Shown: positions 54,272-63,722 of the stretch, one piece after another
Layout of the letters: every line of letters starts with the position of its first letter
Numbering within the stretch: the stretch's first letter is position 1
Source: Vermamoeba vermiformis
Taxonomy: Eukaryota
DNA length: 63,822 nucleotides
Direction: 5' to 3'
NCBI GenBank assembly: GCA_045837725.1
Contig: JBEWZL010000182.1
Coordinates: 1-63,822, forward strand
Position numbers and translations under genes: made by a program
Notes under the pieces: generated by a model
Database searches by the model: none
Told to the model about the DNA's origin: nothing
Seen by the model: only the letters and a program-made list of their open reading frames with translations

Positions 54272-54758
54272 TCGTGTATATTTAGGATAAACATCTCCCA
54301 ATTTAAACTGCAAAAATAGTTCTGGGATCAATCCACTTACCGTTACCGGTAGTTTTGGCAACTAGTCCGTTATATGTTGACCAATCAATTCAAGGTGCGG
54401 TTAGTTTGTTAAATATTAATGGTGGGTAGTACCACAAGATCCGAACTCATAAAGCTTCTTCTTCTTTTGCTTCGATAGTTTCAAAAGAAGGTGTAAACGC
54501 GAATGATTTTCAAAAACGCAATGGCACTAGCAATACTATTCAAAGAAGTTAAGTCTTGTCCGGATCGAGCGCGAGAGAGGATCGCGCAATCTTACTACCT
54601 TACGGAGAGCTTCCCTAATGATAGGGAATTTCATTAACAAAATCATCGTATCCAAAGTTTGGTAATTCGCCCTAAATAGAAGGCGAGCACGTGATCAGTT
54701 GAACTGAAATTTAACTTTAATTTTATTGTTCAATTTCAATTTCTGAAATAGCGAAGCA

Positions 54759-55074
54759 ATGAACCAGATGCAACAATTTAATATTAACCCAGCCGACCTT
54801 ATGCCCCAAGAAAGGGCGGATGTAATTGCTGGTAAGTACGAAATATTTAACCAACAGCATAATTATAATTATCGAGTACTGTCGTGCATTATTAATTCAA
54901 TTACTAGAATTACGAAATGTACAGGAAGAAGTACACGCGGGGATGAAAGAGTTCTTAAGTCGTCAAGAGGAGCGGCCGCACGATCCGACATTAAAAAAAA
55001 TTCTGAAGGACATTACCAAGTTAGACGACCATATAAACTCCAGGAGAGCTTTTTACGGAGACCCAGAAGTATGA
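54759..55074 (+). pseudogene. Small or degraded helical-protein gene fragment next to the retrotransposon
   Basis: Exon-like ORFs (MNQMQQF..., LLELRNVQEEV...GDPEV) with a GTAAGT donor. Upstream exon-like sequence contains stops. Confidence 0.3.
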
Positions 55075-55453
55075 GGAAAGCAATGCGTACCAGCCATTTG
55101 ACGAACCACTAGTTTTTCCTTTTAAATAAATTGTTAATGCAAAGATTTAAATTTTATTTTTTTTTTGGTTTTTGTTGGACGAATTTCTTTTCTAAACTCC
55201 ATGCGCGTTGTAGAAGTACGATCCAGTGTTGATCGAGCTCGTACCGAAACAAAACTTCTTAGAGCTCATTTGGCATTAATCTATCGGATCGGACAACCGC
55301 GCTTTCATCATTGACGTTGAGTGCTTCGCTATTACTTCTGTTAGAGCTCCTTCAAGGTACTCGTTATGTGATGAGACAAATATCTCGTGTATATCTCGTG
55401 TACTTTATATAAATAAATGACCGTTCACACTACCACAGAACGGGTCATAACAT

Positions 55454-55466
55454 TGGCGCTCCCACC
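55454..55466 (+). promoter_or_regulatory. Candidate primer-binding site TGGCGCTCCCACC
   Basis: Lies 1 nt after ...TAACA and is complementary to a tRNA 3' end ...GGGAGCGCCA. It is preceded by AATAAA (55411-55416) and an imperfect U5-like hairpin ATGACCGTTC/GAACGGGTCAT. Confidence 0.65.
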
Positions 55467-55491
55467 TGACGCCCCTATCTTATATTTTACA

Positions 55492-56982
55492 ATGGATTGG
55501 AATAATACGGATTTGTTTTCTCCGCGTACCCGAGATGTGATCTCACGATTCGCGCAACCAGACCCAAACATCGACGGAGATAATTCCTCAGAGCATGGAG
55601 ATGATGGAAATATTATTTCGAGCGATAATACAGCGAGAGAACTCGAATTTCAAACACCAACAAAATTAAATCCAACCGGTACAAATAATTTTTCCGCTGG
55701 TACAACTGTGGGAAATAATACCACGACAGCAGAAACAGTTCCAGAGACATTAGTGAATATTTCTGAAGAAGAAGAAATTGATATTGCCAGCGAAAGTACT
55801 CCCGCATCTGCATTAAATCTGGAAGATTATCGAAAACAATACATGGACTTGTATAATTTACACCAATTGGTACGTCAAGAAAATGCTCAATTAAGAAACG
55901 ATATTACTCGCATCCAAAGCGAAAACAACCAACTTAAGACCGAAGTCAAAACACTCAACGATAAATTGGCTGGCAATCGTCGATTGAAGGACGCTATCGC
56001 AGACACCAATTGCAAACCGTTCGATATGGTTAAACAAAAGGATAGCACCGCGTGGTTGGAATCGTTCTACAGCCTTGTCCAATTTCACAAGTTATCAGCG
56101 AAGGAACAGTTGCTCATATTTGGTCGTAAATTGGCTGGTGGCCCTTTGAAAGCATGGAATGGAGCATCACAAGAGTTCAAACAAGACATGGTATCAGCTG
56201 CTAAATGGCTTGCGACAAACTACATCGCTCCTGAAAGCAACATGGTCAAGCAAAGCGAAATATCGAACGAGAGATGGGACCCTGAAAAAGAGACTTTTAA
56301 TCAGTTCTACACTCGCTTCAACTCTCATTTTGCATCGTACCCGTCGTCAGATCCCGACAAGATCAAGTATTTGCTCGATGCCCTCCCAGAACACGTGAGC
56401 ACGCATGTACGTACGAACATGGTCTCGATGATGACAGATTACTCGCGACTCTCAAGCGCAATGGTCAATTTACCATGGAGCATTATCATCAAACCGAAGA
56501 CTGCGAAAACGAACGTGACTGGAACCGTGAATGCTGTAACTCAGGTAAACGATACCGAGACTACTCAAAATAATAACAATCAAATCGATGACGTAAATTT
56601 CATTTCTACCCGTGGTAAGCCAAATTTCCGAGGTAACCCCAACCGAGGTAGACCGTTCCCTCAACGTGGGAAACCAAATTATTCGCAGCAATACAATGAT
56701 AACTGTGGTAACCAACGAGGTTCTTTCAATCGTCGTCGATATAACAATAACAATAATCAACAACAACAAATGCCTCAAAATCAAAATCAATACCTCCCTT
56801 TCGTACTTCCTCAAGCCCTTCCGTTTCAACCATTTTACACGTTACCAAACATGAATCCTAACTTTAACGGCAATCCAAATCAAACATATAATAATAACAT
56901 GATGCCGAACTTTAACGGTAACCCAAATCAACAACAAAACAACAATGGAAAGAGGCAGGGAAATGGCAATCAGAGCAGTTAG
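55492..56982 (+). CDS. gag: Gypsy Gag (coiled coil, capsid-like region, RG- and N/Q-rich tail)
   Basis: Intronless ORF. The first ATG after the PBS is 55492. Capsid-like pattern WLESFY...L.GGPLKAW...ETFNQFYTRF...YLLDALP. No CCHC knuckle. Confidence 0.85.
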   Translation: MDWNNTDLFSPRTRDVISRFAQPDPNIDGDNSSEHGDDGNIISSDNTARELEFQTPTKLNPTGTNNFSAGTTVGNNTTTAETVPETLVNISEEEEIDIASESTPASALNLEDYRKQYMDLYNLHQLVRQENAQLRNDITRIQSENNQLKTEVKTLNDKLAGNRRLKDAIADTNCKPFDMVKQKDSTAWLESFYSLVQFHKLSAKEQLLIFGRKLAGGPLKAWNGASQEFKQDMVSAAKWLATNYIAPESNMVKQSEISNERWDPEKETFNQFYTRFNSHFASYPSSDPDKIKYLLDALPEHVSTHVRTNMVSMMTDYSRLSSAMVNLPWSIIIKPKTAKTNVTGTVNAVTQVNDTETTQNNNNQIDDVNFISTRGKPNFRGNPNRGRPFPQRGKPNYSQQYNDNCGNQRGSFNRRRYNNNNNQQQQMPQNQNQYLPFVLPQALPFQPFYTLPNMNPNFNGNPNQTYNNNMMPNFNGNPNQQQNNNGKRQGNGNQSS

Positions 56983-57023
56983 ACGTGGACTCTGAGCTGC
57001 TCGTTAATTTAATTCAGTCCACG
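56958..57023 (+). promoter_or_regulatory. -1 ribosomal frameshift signal (slippery heptamer plus H-type pseudoknot)
   Basis: G GGA AAT is in gag phase (56958-56964) and followed by an 8-nt spacer. Stem 1 is GAGCAG/CTGCTC and stem 2 is CGTGGACT/AGTCCACG. The -1 frame is open into pol. Confidence 0.85.
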
Positions 57024-58950
57024 AAATTACCTTTCGTAACGGTCAAATTATATAACACTAATATTCAAGCATTAATTGATACTGGAGCATCAGTCTCTGT
57101 TATCAATAACAATTTCATTAATAAGTATCCCAATATCATTTTATACAACACGAGACAATATACATTACGAGTTGCAAACTCTGAGATTATATATGCGAAC
57201 AAATACGCGCAATTCAATATTGAGATCAATGACGTATCGATCCCTGTTACAGCATTATATATCGAGAATTTCAGATTCGATTTATTACTTGGAATGGACA
57301 CGCTCACTACCGCTAAAGCTGAGTTAATGATTGCGAACAAAGTTGCGTGGACAGCAAACGAGATTAATATGATTGATTGTAGTAACGATAAAGAATTTGA
57401 AATTGCGCTCTATTCATGTAATACGATTAAAGTGCCAAGTCGCTCAGGAATTATTATTCGATGTAAATTTAGTAAGGAGAACAACTTGAAAGTAGGTGAC
57501 AATTTGTTGATCGAGATGTCTGATTCTCGGCATCGCGCAGTTGTTGGAAGACAGATGGGGGTTGTACGTCCGAACAACACTGTCGATGTGTTCGTGACTA
57601 ACTCTGAGAACCGAAACACTTTAGTTTTGCACAATAGTCTAGTAGCGCGAGCCACGCGAAACTTTAGTGTATGTCTAGACCAATATGGTTTCGAAATTAT
57701 TCTAGACGACAATTCGGCAGAGAATAGAACGAATAGGACTAGAACAACGGATTCAGATGATGATGCGTCCGCTAATACCCCTCCCGTAACATCGCAAAGT
57801 CTCTCGAATCCAATGTTCCGTGGGAATGCGGAAAGGACTAAGGTTATCCTCGCGATGGAAAAAGTACATCAACAGGATCGTGTCTCCCTTCCTGCGTCAC
57901 AGTCCCCTCAAATTAATCCGAAATTAAGTCGCAATGAAATCGAGGCACTAAAAGAATTCATTAAAGAATTTGAAGACGTATTCTCGTCCGAATTAAAAAC
58001 TACAACGGATAAAGTAAAACACGAAATTCAAGTTACAGACGGCCCTGTTAGGTCTAGACCATTCTCTAAATTATCGCCGTCAGAGCGTAAAGAAATAGAT
58101 GAATTTGTCCAACGCATGTTAGACAGTCAACAAATACGACCATCTAGTTCTCCGTGGTCGTCGCCTGTCTTATTAGTAAAAAAAGAAAGACGGAACAAAA
58201 CGTTTTTGCATTGACTATCGTAAATTAAATGCTGTAACAAAGAAGGATGTATATCCTCTTCCGAGGATCGATGACGCGTTGAATCATTTGTCGCACATGA
58301 AATATTTTACAACGTTAGATCTAATTTCTGGATATTATCAAATTCCAATTCGCGAAGAAGACAAAGAAAAGACTGCTTTTACAACACATTCGGGTTTATA
58401 CGAATTTAACGTCATGCCATTTGGTTTGACCAACGCACCTGCTACTTTTCAAAGATTAATGAACATGACATTAGCAGGATTAAATTGGAAAACTTGTCTT
58501 GTCTACATAGATGATATATTAGTTTTCTCGCGCACTTTCGACGAGCACATGAGTAGATTACGCGAAGTATTCGATCGCCTTCGCGGATCAAATCTAAAAG
58601 TTAAACCGTCAAAATGTAGATTCGCTTATTATGAAACAAATTATCTCGGGCATATTATTAGCGAAAAAGGAATTAAACCAGACCCGGATAAAATTAGAGC
58701 AATTTCGAGTTGGCATGAAGATCGCATTAAAGAAAGTGTCACTCAAGTGCGCTCATTTTTGGGTATTTGTAATTATTATCGTAGATTCGTTCGTAATTTC
58801 GCGCAGAAAGCTCGCCCATTAACGGATTTATTAAAGAAAAATAATACTTTCGAATGGACTGCAGAATGCTCTGCAGCATTCAATAGATTAAAAACGTGCC
58901 TAATAAGTCAACCAATTATGCATTATCCTGATTTTAACAAACCGTTTATT
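56985..58950 (+). pseudogene. pol: Gypsy pol (protease-RT), disrupted by +1 A at 58178-58184 and by the Ngaro insertion
   Basis: Removing one A from the A7 run restores LVKKKDGTKRFCIDYRKLN. Homology stops after PDFNKPFI. Confidence 0.9.
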
Positions 58951-59155
58951 CATGCAGCGACATTGCCCGAAGCAATTAGCGTCGGAATATTCGAATTCAC
59001 AGCGAGTGAAGAATTCCGACATTGCCCTGGTTGACAAGTGACAGGTGTCACGTGACTTGCCGAGGAGAAAACGAAGCAACGCTACAACCGTCATTGTCGA
59101 CGTTTTAGCAAACAGAGCACCACAACAAGCTTGGTTTGTTAAATTATTTTTTCTT
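58947..59155 (+). repeat. Split direct repeat A1 (209 bp)
   Basis: Identical by eye to 63481-63689. Confidence 0.95.
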
Positions 59156-59212
59156 ACGTATTTATTTGTTGTCTGTTATCAATTTTGCAATAAATTTGCA
59201 TCCGTTCTCCTC

Positions 59213-60691
59213 ATGTCTGCCAAGTCAAAGCGCGAGTCCAAAGCTGCTGTTGCCACTGCCAGTACACTCACGAACATCATTTCGAAGCCATCAACCAACG
59301 CAGCAATGCGCGAATCCCTTCAACTGATTGTCAACTGGGACGTAGTGAACAAACTTGAGTCAACGAGCGAACTTTCGTTCTACGCTCAAATGGCTCTTGC
59401 TTGCGTCATTGCGGACGAGTTTGACATCCTCAAGTCTACCCGAGCTCCGGACGATTCAGAACAAATAGAAATTGCCGCGGCCGCTCAAGAGTCGAAATCC
59501 GCTCTTGCCCAACTGTCAGATCACTGCGATGAATTTTTCACTCAGGCTGCTCTCTTAGCTGAGTCTGGAGTTAATACTGACAAACCTCTTCGCCTACATC
59601 ATTTGAAAGCGAATGAGAAACTTAGCGTTACTCTAGATTCGGACAAGATCAGTGAACTCACCAAGGATCCAGAAGTCAAGAAAGTTCTTTCCGATATTCT
59701 GCCCCACATTGCATCTACCCCGACGAAGAAGAAGCCTTCTCCCGTTTCTACTTCAAATTCTTCAGATCCCAAGAATAGAAATTCCCCGGGAAATTCTCAG
59801 GTCCCTGGATCCACAGCCACGACAACGTCACTCAAGCACCTCGATGCCAAAGCTAAGTCAATCGTTCAATCTATCAATGCAGATCATCGAGCCCGCCTCA
59901 ATAATTCTTCAAAAATTTCGAATTCTAACAACTCCGAAATTTCTGCGCAACAAGCTAACGATGTGTCAGAAAGCGATGACGAGTCTCCCCCCAGTCAAAA
60001 CACTCCTACTCGCTTCATTGGTAACCCTCAACGCGGAGTGACAGCCAGTCAAGCTGGCTCACCCATAGCGATTGCCACCCCGATGTACGCTACATCCACA
60101 GGTTCGGTCGCCTCTGTCTACCTGCCAAGGAACTTTAGTGGTCTTAGAGGACGCTCTATCGGCTCTGGATCCCGCCCTTCAGACGTAGTCGCCTACACTC
60201 GAAGCGCCACAGCGATTGGTCGTATGCTAGCTCACGAGAATCCCACCTTTGATCGGCTGGAATACACTGACTACGTCAATTGGGTCATTGATCTCTCGGA
60301 GAACCATACCTGGGACTCTGTGATGAGTTATGACGAAGAGTTTCGTCAGCTAGTAGAACTGGGCGAAATCTCCTGGTCAAATCGCCCAACCGACATCGAA
60401 CGTGCCGTCTTGAAACAGAAGCCACCTGCCACTTACGCCTCAACTCGCGGGAATGGTTCCGGCAACAAGCGCTTCAATAGAGGTTCCCAAGCGTCGTCCT
60501 CTCCCCCTGTCGACGGTTCTGCCTCTGGAATCTGCTTCGACTGGAATCAAGGTCCATGCTGGCATCAACAGCGCTTCGGTAAATGCAAATATCGTCACGT
60601 CTGTTTGCAGTGCCAACAAGATCATCGCTCCATCGACCACCCAAACGGGAATGGATCTCAGCCTCAGTCAGGGGGCACCCGGAACACCTAA
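59213..60691 (+). CDS. Ngaro ORF1, Gag-like with a C-terminal Cys/His zinc finger
   Basis: The first ATG after A1 is 59213. Motif TWDSVMSYDEEFRQ, then CFDWNQGPC...CKYRHVCLQCQQDH. Confidence 0.85.
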   Translation: MSAKSKRESKAAVATASTLTNIISKPSTNAAMRESLQLIVNWDVVNKLESTSELSFYAQMALACVIADEFDILKSTRAPDDSEQIEIAAAAQESKSALAQLSDHCDEFFTQAALLAESGVNTDKPLRLHHLKANEKLSVTLDSDKISELTKDPEVKKVLSDILPHIASTPTKKKPSPVSTSNSSDPKNRNSPGNSQVPGSTATTTSLKHLDAKAKSIVQSINADHRARLNNSSKISNSNNSEISAQQANDVSESDDESPPSQNTPTRFIGNPQRGVTASQAGSPIAIATPMYATSTGSVASVYLPRNFSGLRGRSIGSGSRPSDVVAYTRSATAIGRMLAHENPTFDRLEYTDYVNWVIDLSENHTWDSVMSYDEEFRQLVELGEISWSNRPTDIERAVLKQKPPATYASTRGNGSGNKRFNRGSQASSSPPVDGSASGICFDWNQGPCWHQQRFGKCKYRHVCLQCQQDHRSIDHPNGNGSQPQSGGTRNT

Positions 60692-62268
60692 TTAATGCAC
60701 CCGTCAGCGCTGTAACGTCGCAATACGCCACCTGGGTTAAGTACACTTACTCTGATCATATTAACGGTCCCTTTATGCGTGAGGTGTTTGCCCCAGGTGG
60801 TGGTCTCTCTATTGTTAGCCACGACGTTGCAGTGCCAAGTTCCTTCTTGGCTAACTACTCTAGCGTTGATAACGCTAAAGAAGTCATCGACGCTGACATC
60901 GCCAACGAGCTTAAGCAAGGTTTTATAGCAGCAGTCCCCTTCAAGCCCTTCAAAGTCAACGCGTTAGGCGCCGTGCAAAAGAAAAGCAGTGGCAAGTATC
61001 GTCGCATAACTGACCTTAGCCGCCCTAAAGGTTCTGCTCTCAATGAATCTTTGGGCCCTCCGCCGAAATTTCGCTTCGCTACAATCGATGACGCTGTCAT
61101 GTTCGTCTTCAAACGCGGAAGCAAATTCGTGGTAGCCTCCAAGTTCGACATCAAAGCCGCCTTTCGACATGTCCCTATCAAGTCTAAATTCTGGCATCTA
61201 TTTGGCTTTCAATGGAAAGGCATCTACTACGTCGATCTTCGCATGTGCTTTGGCTTGTCAATGGCCCCTTACGTCTTCTGGAGAATCTCCAACTTCATCT
61301 CTCGCACTGCACAATGCCACTATGACGTCGAGCACAACACTCCTTACATCGATGACTTCTTGTTGCTGTCCGCTGGGGACACGCTGGAAGAAGCCTTTGC
61401 TGCTGCTCGATGCAATCATCAACGCTTCCATCAATGCCTAATCGACCTAGGTTGGCCAGTAGCCGACGACAAGGTCGTCGAGCCATGCACAGACATCACC
61501 TTCTTGGGCATTCGCTTCGATCTGCTGCAACGCAAGCTCTCTCTTCCAACCGAAAAGCTCGACCAAATCTTGACAGAACTGCGCTCTTTTCAGCATCGGT
61601 ATTCGGCCACCAAACGTGAGCTAGAACAATTGGTAGGTAGACTTAACTTTGCTGCGAAAGTAGTGAAAGGAGGTCGTACCTTTCTTCGCAGAATGATCGA
61701 CGAAATCAACACAGTCGTCGATCACAATGCTACGATCGTTCTTTCAGATTGCTTCCGTCTAGATGTCTTATGGTGGCTCAACTTCGCTTCCCAATGGAAT
61801 GGCACTGAAATGATGATCGACCCCAAGCCCGTGGCCTCACCGCGTTTCGTCACTGATGCTTCCAGCTTAGCTGTTTGCGCGGTATTCGATGGTGAATTCA
61901 TCGTGCGGTATAACGACGACCGTACCAACTCTTGGCACATCAACGAACTGGAGTGTCTAGCGGTCTATCTCGCAGCAAAGCGGTGGGCTTCAGAATGGCG
62001 CAATCTCCACATCGTGGTGGAGTCTGACAACACTACAACTGTTGCTGCCATCAACCGAGGATCTTCTAAATCACGTCGCATCATGTCAATGCTTCGCAAA
62101 CTCTTCTGGCTTAGCGCTAAGTTCAACTTCCACCTTACTGCGCGTTTCATCGCTGGTAAAACTAACACTCTAGCGGACGCTGGCTCACGACGAGACTTCA
62201 ATACGATGCTTGACATCGACCCTACACTGTCCATGGTGCTTTGCCCCGAACTCGATGATGACGTCTAG
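60583..62268 (+). CDS. Ngaro ORF2, reverse transcriptase / RNase H
   Basis: KYRRITDLS, KFDIKAAFRHVPI, MCFGLSMAP, YIDDF and FLGI. RNase H motifs TDAS, INELE, ESDN and NTLADAGSR. Overlaps ORF1 in the -1 frame; true start uncertain. Confidence 0.95.
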   Translation: MQISSRLFAVPTRSSLHRPPKREWISASVRGHPEHLINAPVSAVTSQYATWVKYTYSDHINGPFMREVFAPGGGLSIVSHDVAVPSSFLANYSSVDNAKEVIDADIANELKQGFIAAVPFKPFKVNALGAVQKKSSGKYRRITDLSRPKGSALNESLGPPPKFRFATIDDAVMFVFKRGSKFVVASKFDIKAAFRHVPIKSKFWHLFGFQWKGIYYVDLRMCFGLSMAPYVFWRISNFISRTAQCHYDVEHNTPYIDDFLLLSAGDTLEEAFAAARCNHQRFHQCLIDLGWPVADDKVVEPCTDITFLGIRFDLLQRKLSLPTEKLDQILTELRSFQHRYSATKRELEQLVGRLNFAAKVVKGGRTFLRRMIDEINTVVDHNATIVLSDCFRLDVLWWLNFASQWNGTEMMIDPKPVASPRFVTDASSLAVCAVFDGEFIVRYNDDRTNSWHINELECLAVYLAAKRWASEWRNLHIVVESDNTTTVAAINRGSSKSRRIMSMLRKLFWLSAKFNFHLTARFIAGKTNTLADAGSRRDFNTMLDIDPTLSMVLCPELDDDV

Positions 62269-63271
62269 GACTGTGGCTGATTACATGGAGCTGTCTCTCG
62301 CTCCTTCCACCGCCAGAAGCAGAGACTCTACGGTTCGTGCCTTCACCCGTTTCTGTATTCAATTCGGTTTCCGTCCTTGCCCAACACCTGCACGAGCACT
62401 GCTGGAATACGCTACTTGGTTGGCTAATCAAGGTATCAAAGCCAGCTCAATCTCTACGTACATCAACACAGTGCGTTCGTTCCATCAACTGCGCGGTTTC
62501 AGCGACCCTGTGCGCTCCAGGCTCGACTCATACGCTCTCAAAGCAGTTCTAAAAGGCATTCGACGTGATCAACAGTTCCGCCCTTCTTCCAAACCTGCTA
62601 TTACCATTAATGAGCTGCGCAAACTTCGCTCAATCCTCAACTGGTCGGACTCCAAACATCGCACCTTCTGGGCAGTTACAGTAATTGGCTTTTGGTCCTT
62701 CTTGCGAGCTTCGAACCTCATGCAGAAGACGACCTCAGGCTTTATCGATGGCCAACACTTGGCAGTAGATTGCTTGTCTTCAACGGAGTTTGGCGTTACA
62801 CTACGGCTGCAACACACAAAGACAGTTCAGTTCGCGCAGAAAATCCTTACCATCCCGCTGGTGGCTTTGCCTGGCGATTCGCTTTGCCCTGTTCAAGCGT
62901 TGATTGACATGTGGGAGCTCTGCCCTCCATGCTCGAATTGCTCTCTATTCATTCACTCCGCTGCAAACGGTAGCCAGACCGCGCTCACGCACTCAGCCTA
63001 CAACAGCCTGCTTCGCAAGCTCTGCAAGGTCGCCCATATTTCGCTCGCCTTCTCCGCGCACTCGCTTCGCAAAGGCGGCGCCACTTGCGCCTTCGCCGCT
63101 GGTGTCGATGACACCATGATCAAGCTCCAAGGAGATTGGGTCTCCGATGCTTATAGACGTTATGTCTTCTTTTCTATGGATCAGAGGCTTTCTGTTCCAG
63201 CTGCCATTGCGGCAAAGGTCAATGACCCTGCTTACCTTGCTAGGTACGTGCTTCTGCTAGTCGCCGTTTAG
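62255..63271 (+). CDS. Ngaro ORF3, tyrosine recombinase
   Basis: SAM-like N-part, then catalytic R (FLRASNL), K (HTKT), HxxR (HSLRKGGA), W (GDW) and Y (AYRRY), all intact. Confidence 0.95.
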   Translation: MMTSRTVADYMELSLAPSTARSRDSTVRAFTRFCIQFGFRPCPTPARALLEYATWLANQGIKASSISTYINTVRSFHQLRGFSDPVRSRLDSYALKAVLKGIRRDQQFRPSSKPAITINELRKLRSILNWSDSKHRTFWAVTVIGFWSFLRASNLMQKTTSGFIDGQHLAVDCLSSTEFGVTLRLQHTKTVQFAQKILTIPLVALPGDSLCPVQALIDMWELCPPCSNCSLFIHSAANGSQTALTHSAYNSLLRKLCKVAHISLAFSAHSLRKGGATCAFAAGVDDTMIKLQGDWVSDAYRRYVFFSMDQRLSVPAAIAAKVNDPAYLARYVLLLVAV

Positions 63272-63384
63272 CCTTATAATGCTTATGTATTGCTTACATA
63301 GATGCCGCTCTATAGCCGCTGATGCTAGTGCTCCGTTTCTTGCTTAAGCTGCAGTTGTCTTTGGGGGTCTGCGCATGCGCGCTT

Positions 63385-63484
63385 GGGGCGTGTCTCTGGT
63401 TAGTCTGGTGTGACCCCACGCCAACTACATGCCCTCAATAAACGCGTGCTAGATTTACCCCCCACGAGCGTGAAGTGCAATATT
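63385..63484 (+). repeat. Split direct repeat B1 (100 bp)
   Basis: Matches 63723-63822 except T63476 vs C63814. Contains AATAAA. Confidence 0.95.
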
Positions 63485-63689
63485 CATGCAGCGACATTGC
63501 CCGAAGCAATTAGCGTCGGAATATTCGAATTCACAGCGAGTGAAGAATTCCGACATTGCCCTGGTTGACAAGTGACAGGTGTCACGTGACTTGCCGAGGA
63601 GAAAACGAAGCAACGCTACAACCGTCATTGTCGACGTTTTAGCAAACAGAGCACCACAACAAGCTTGGTTTGTTAAATTATTTTTTCTT
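63481..63689 (+). repeat. Split direct repeat A2 (209 bp)
   Basis: Identical to A1 and shares TATT with the end of B1. Confidence 0.95.
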
Positions 63690-63722
63690 TTTATTTTTGT
63701 TTTTGTTTTACTTGTATTACAA

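Larger units (their letters stand above)
55339..58950 (+). mobile_element. Ty3/Gypsy LTR retrotransposon, 5' part (interrupted at 58950; left boundary uncertain)
   Basis: Candidate LTR end ...CATAACA (55452) followed by a TGG-initiated PBS. Then gag, protease LIDTGAS, RT SPWSSPVLLV / DLISGYYQI / MPFGLTNAPATFQR / YIDD, and HYPDFNKPFI at the RNase H entry. The order PR-RT-RH is Gypsy-type. The 3' LTR is not in the window. Confidence 0.92.

Noticed and set aside
55417-55491. ORF-track gag start at 55417
   Set aside because: It lies within the inferred U5/PBS. ATG 55492 is preferred.
58951-59212. ORF extensions HAATLPEAISVG... and MSRDLPRRK..., repeated at 63455-63779
   Set aside because: These are read-through of the non-coding A repeat, not separate genes.
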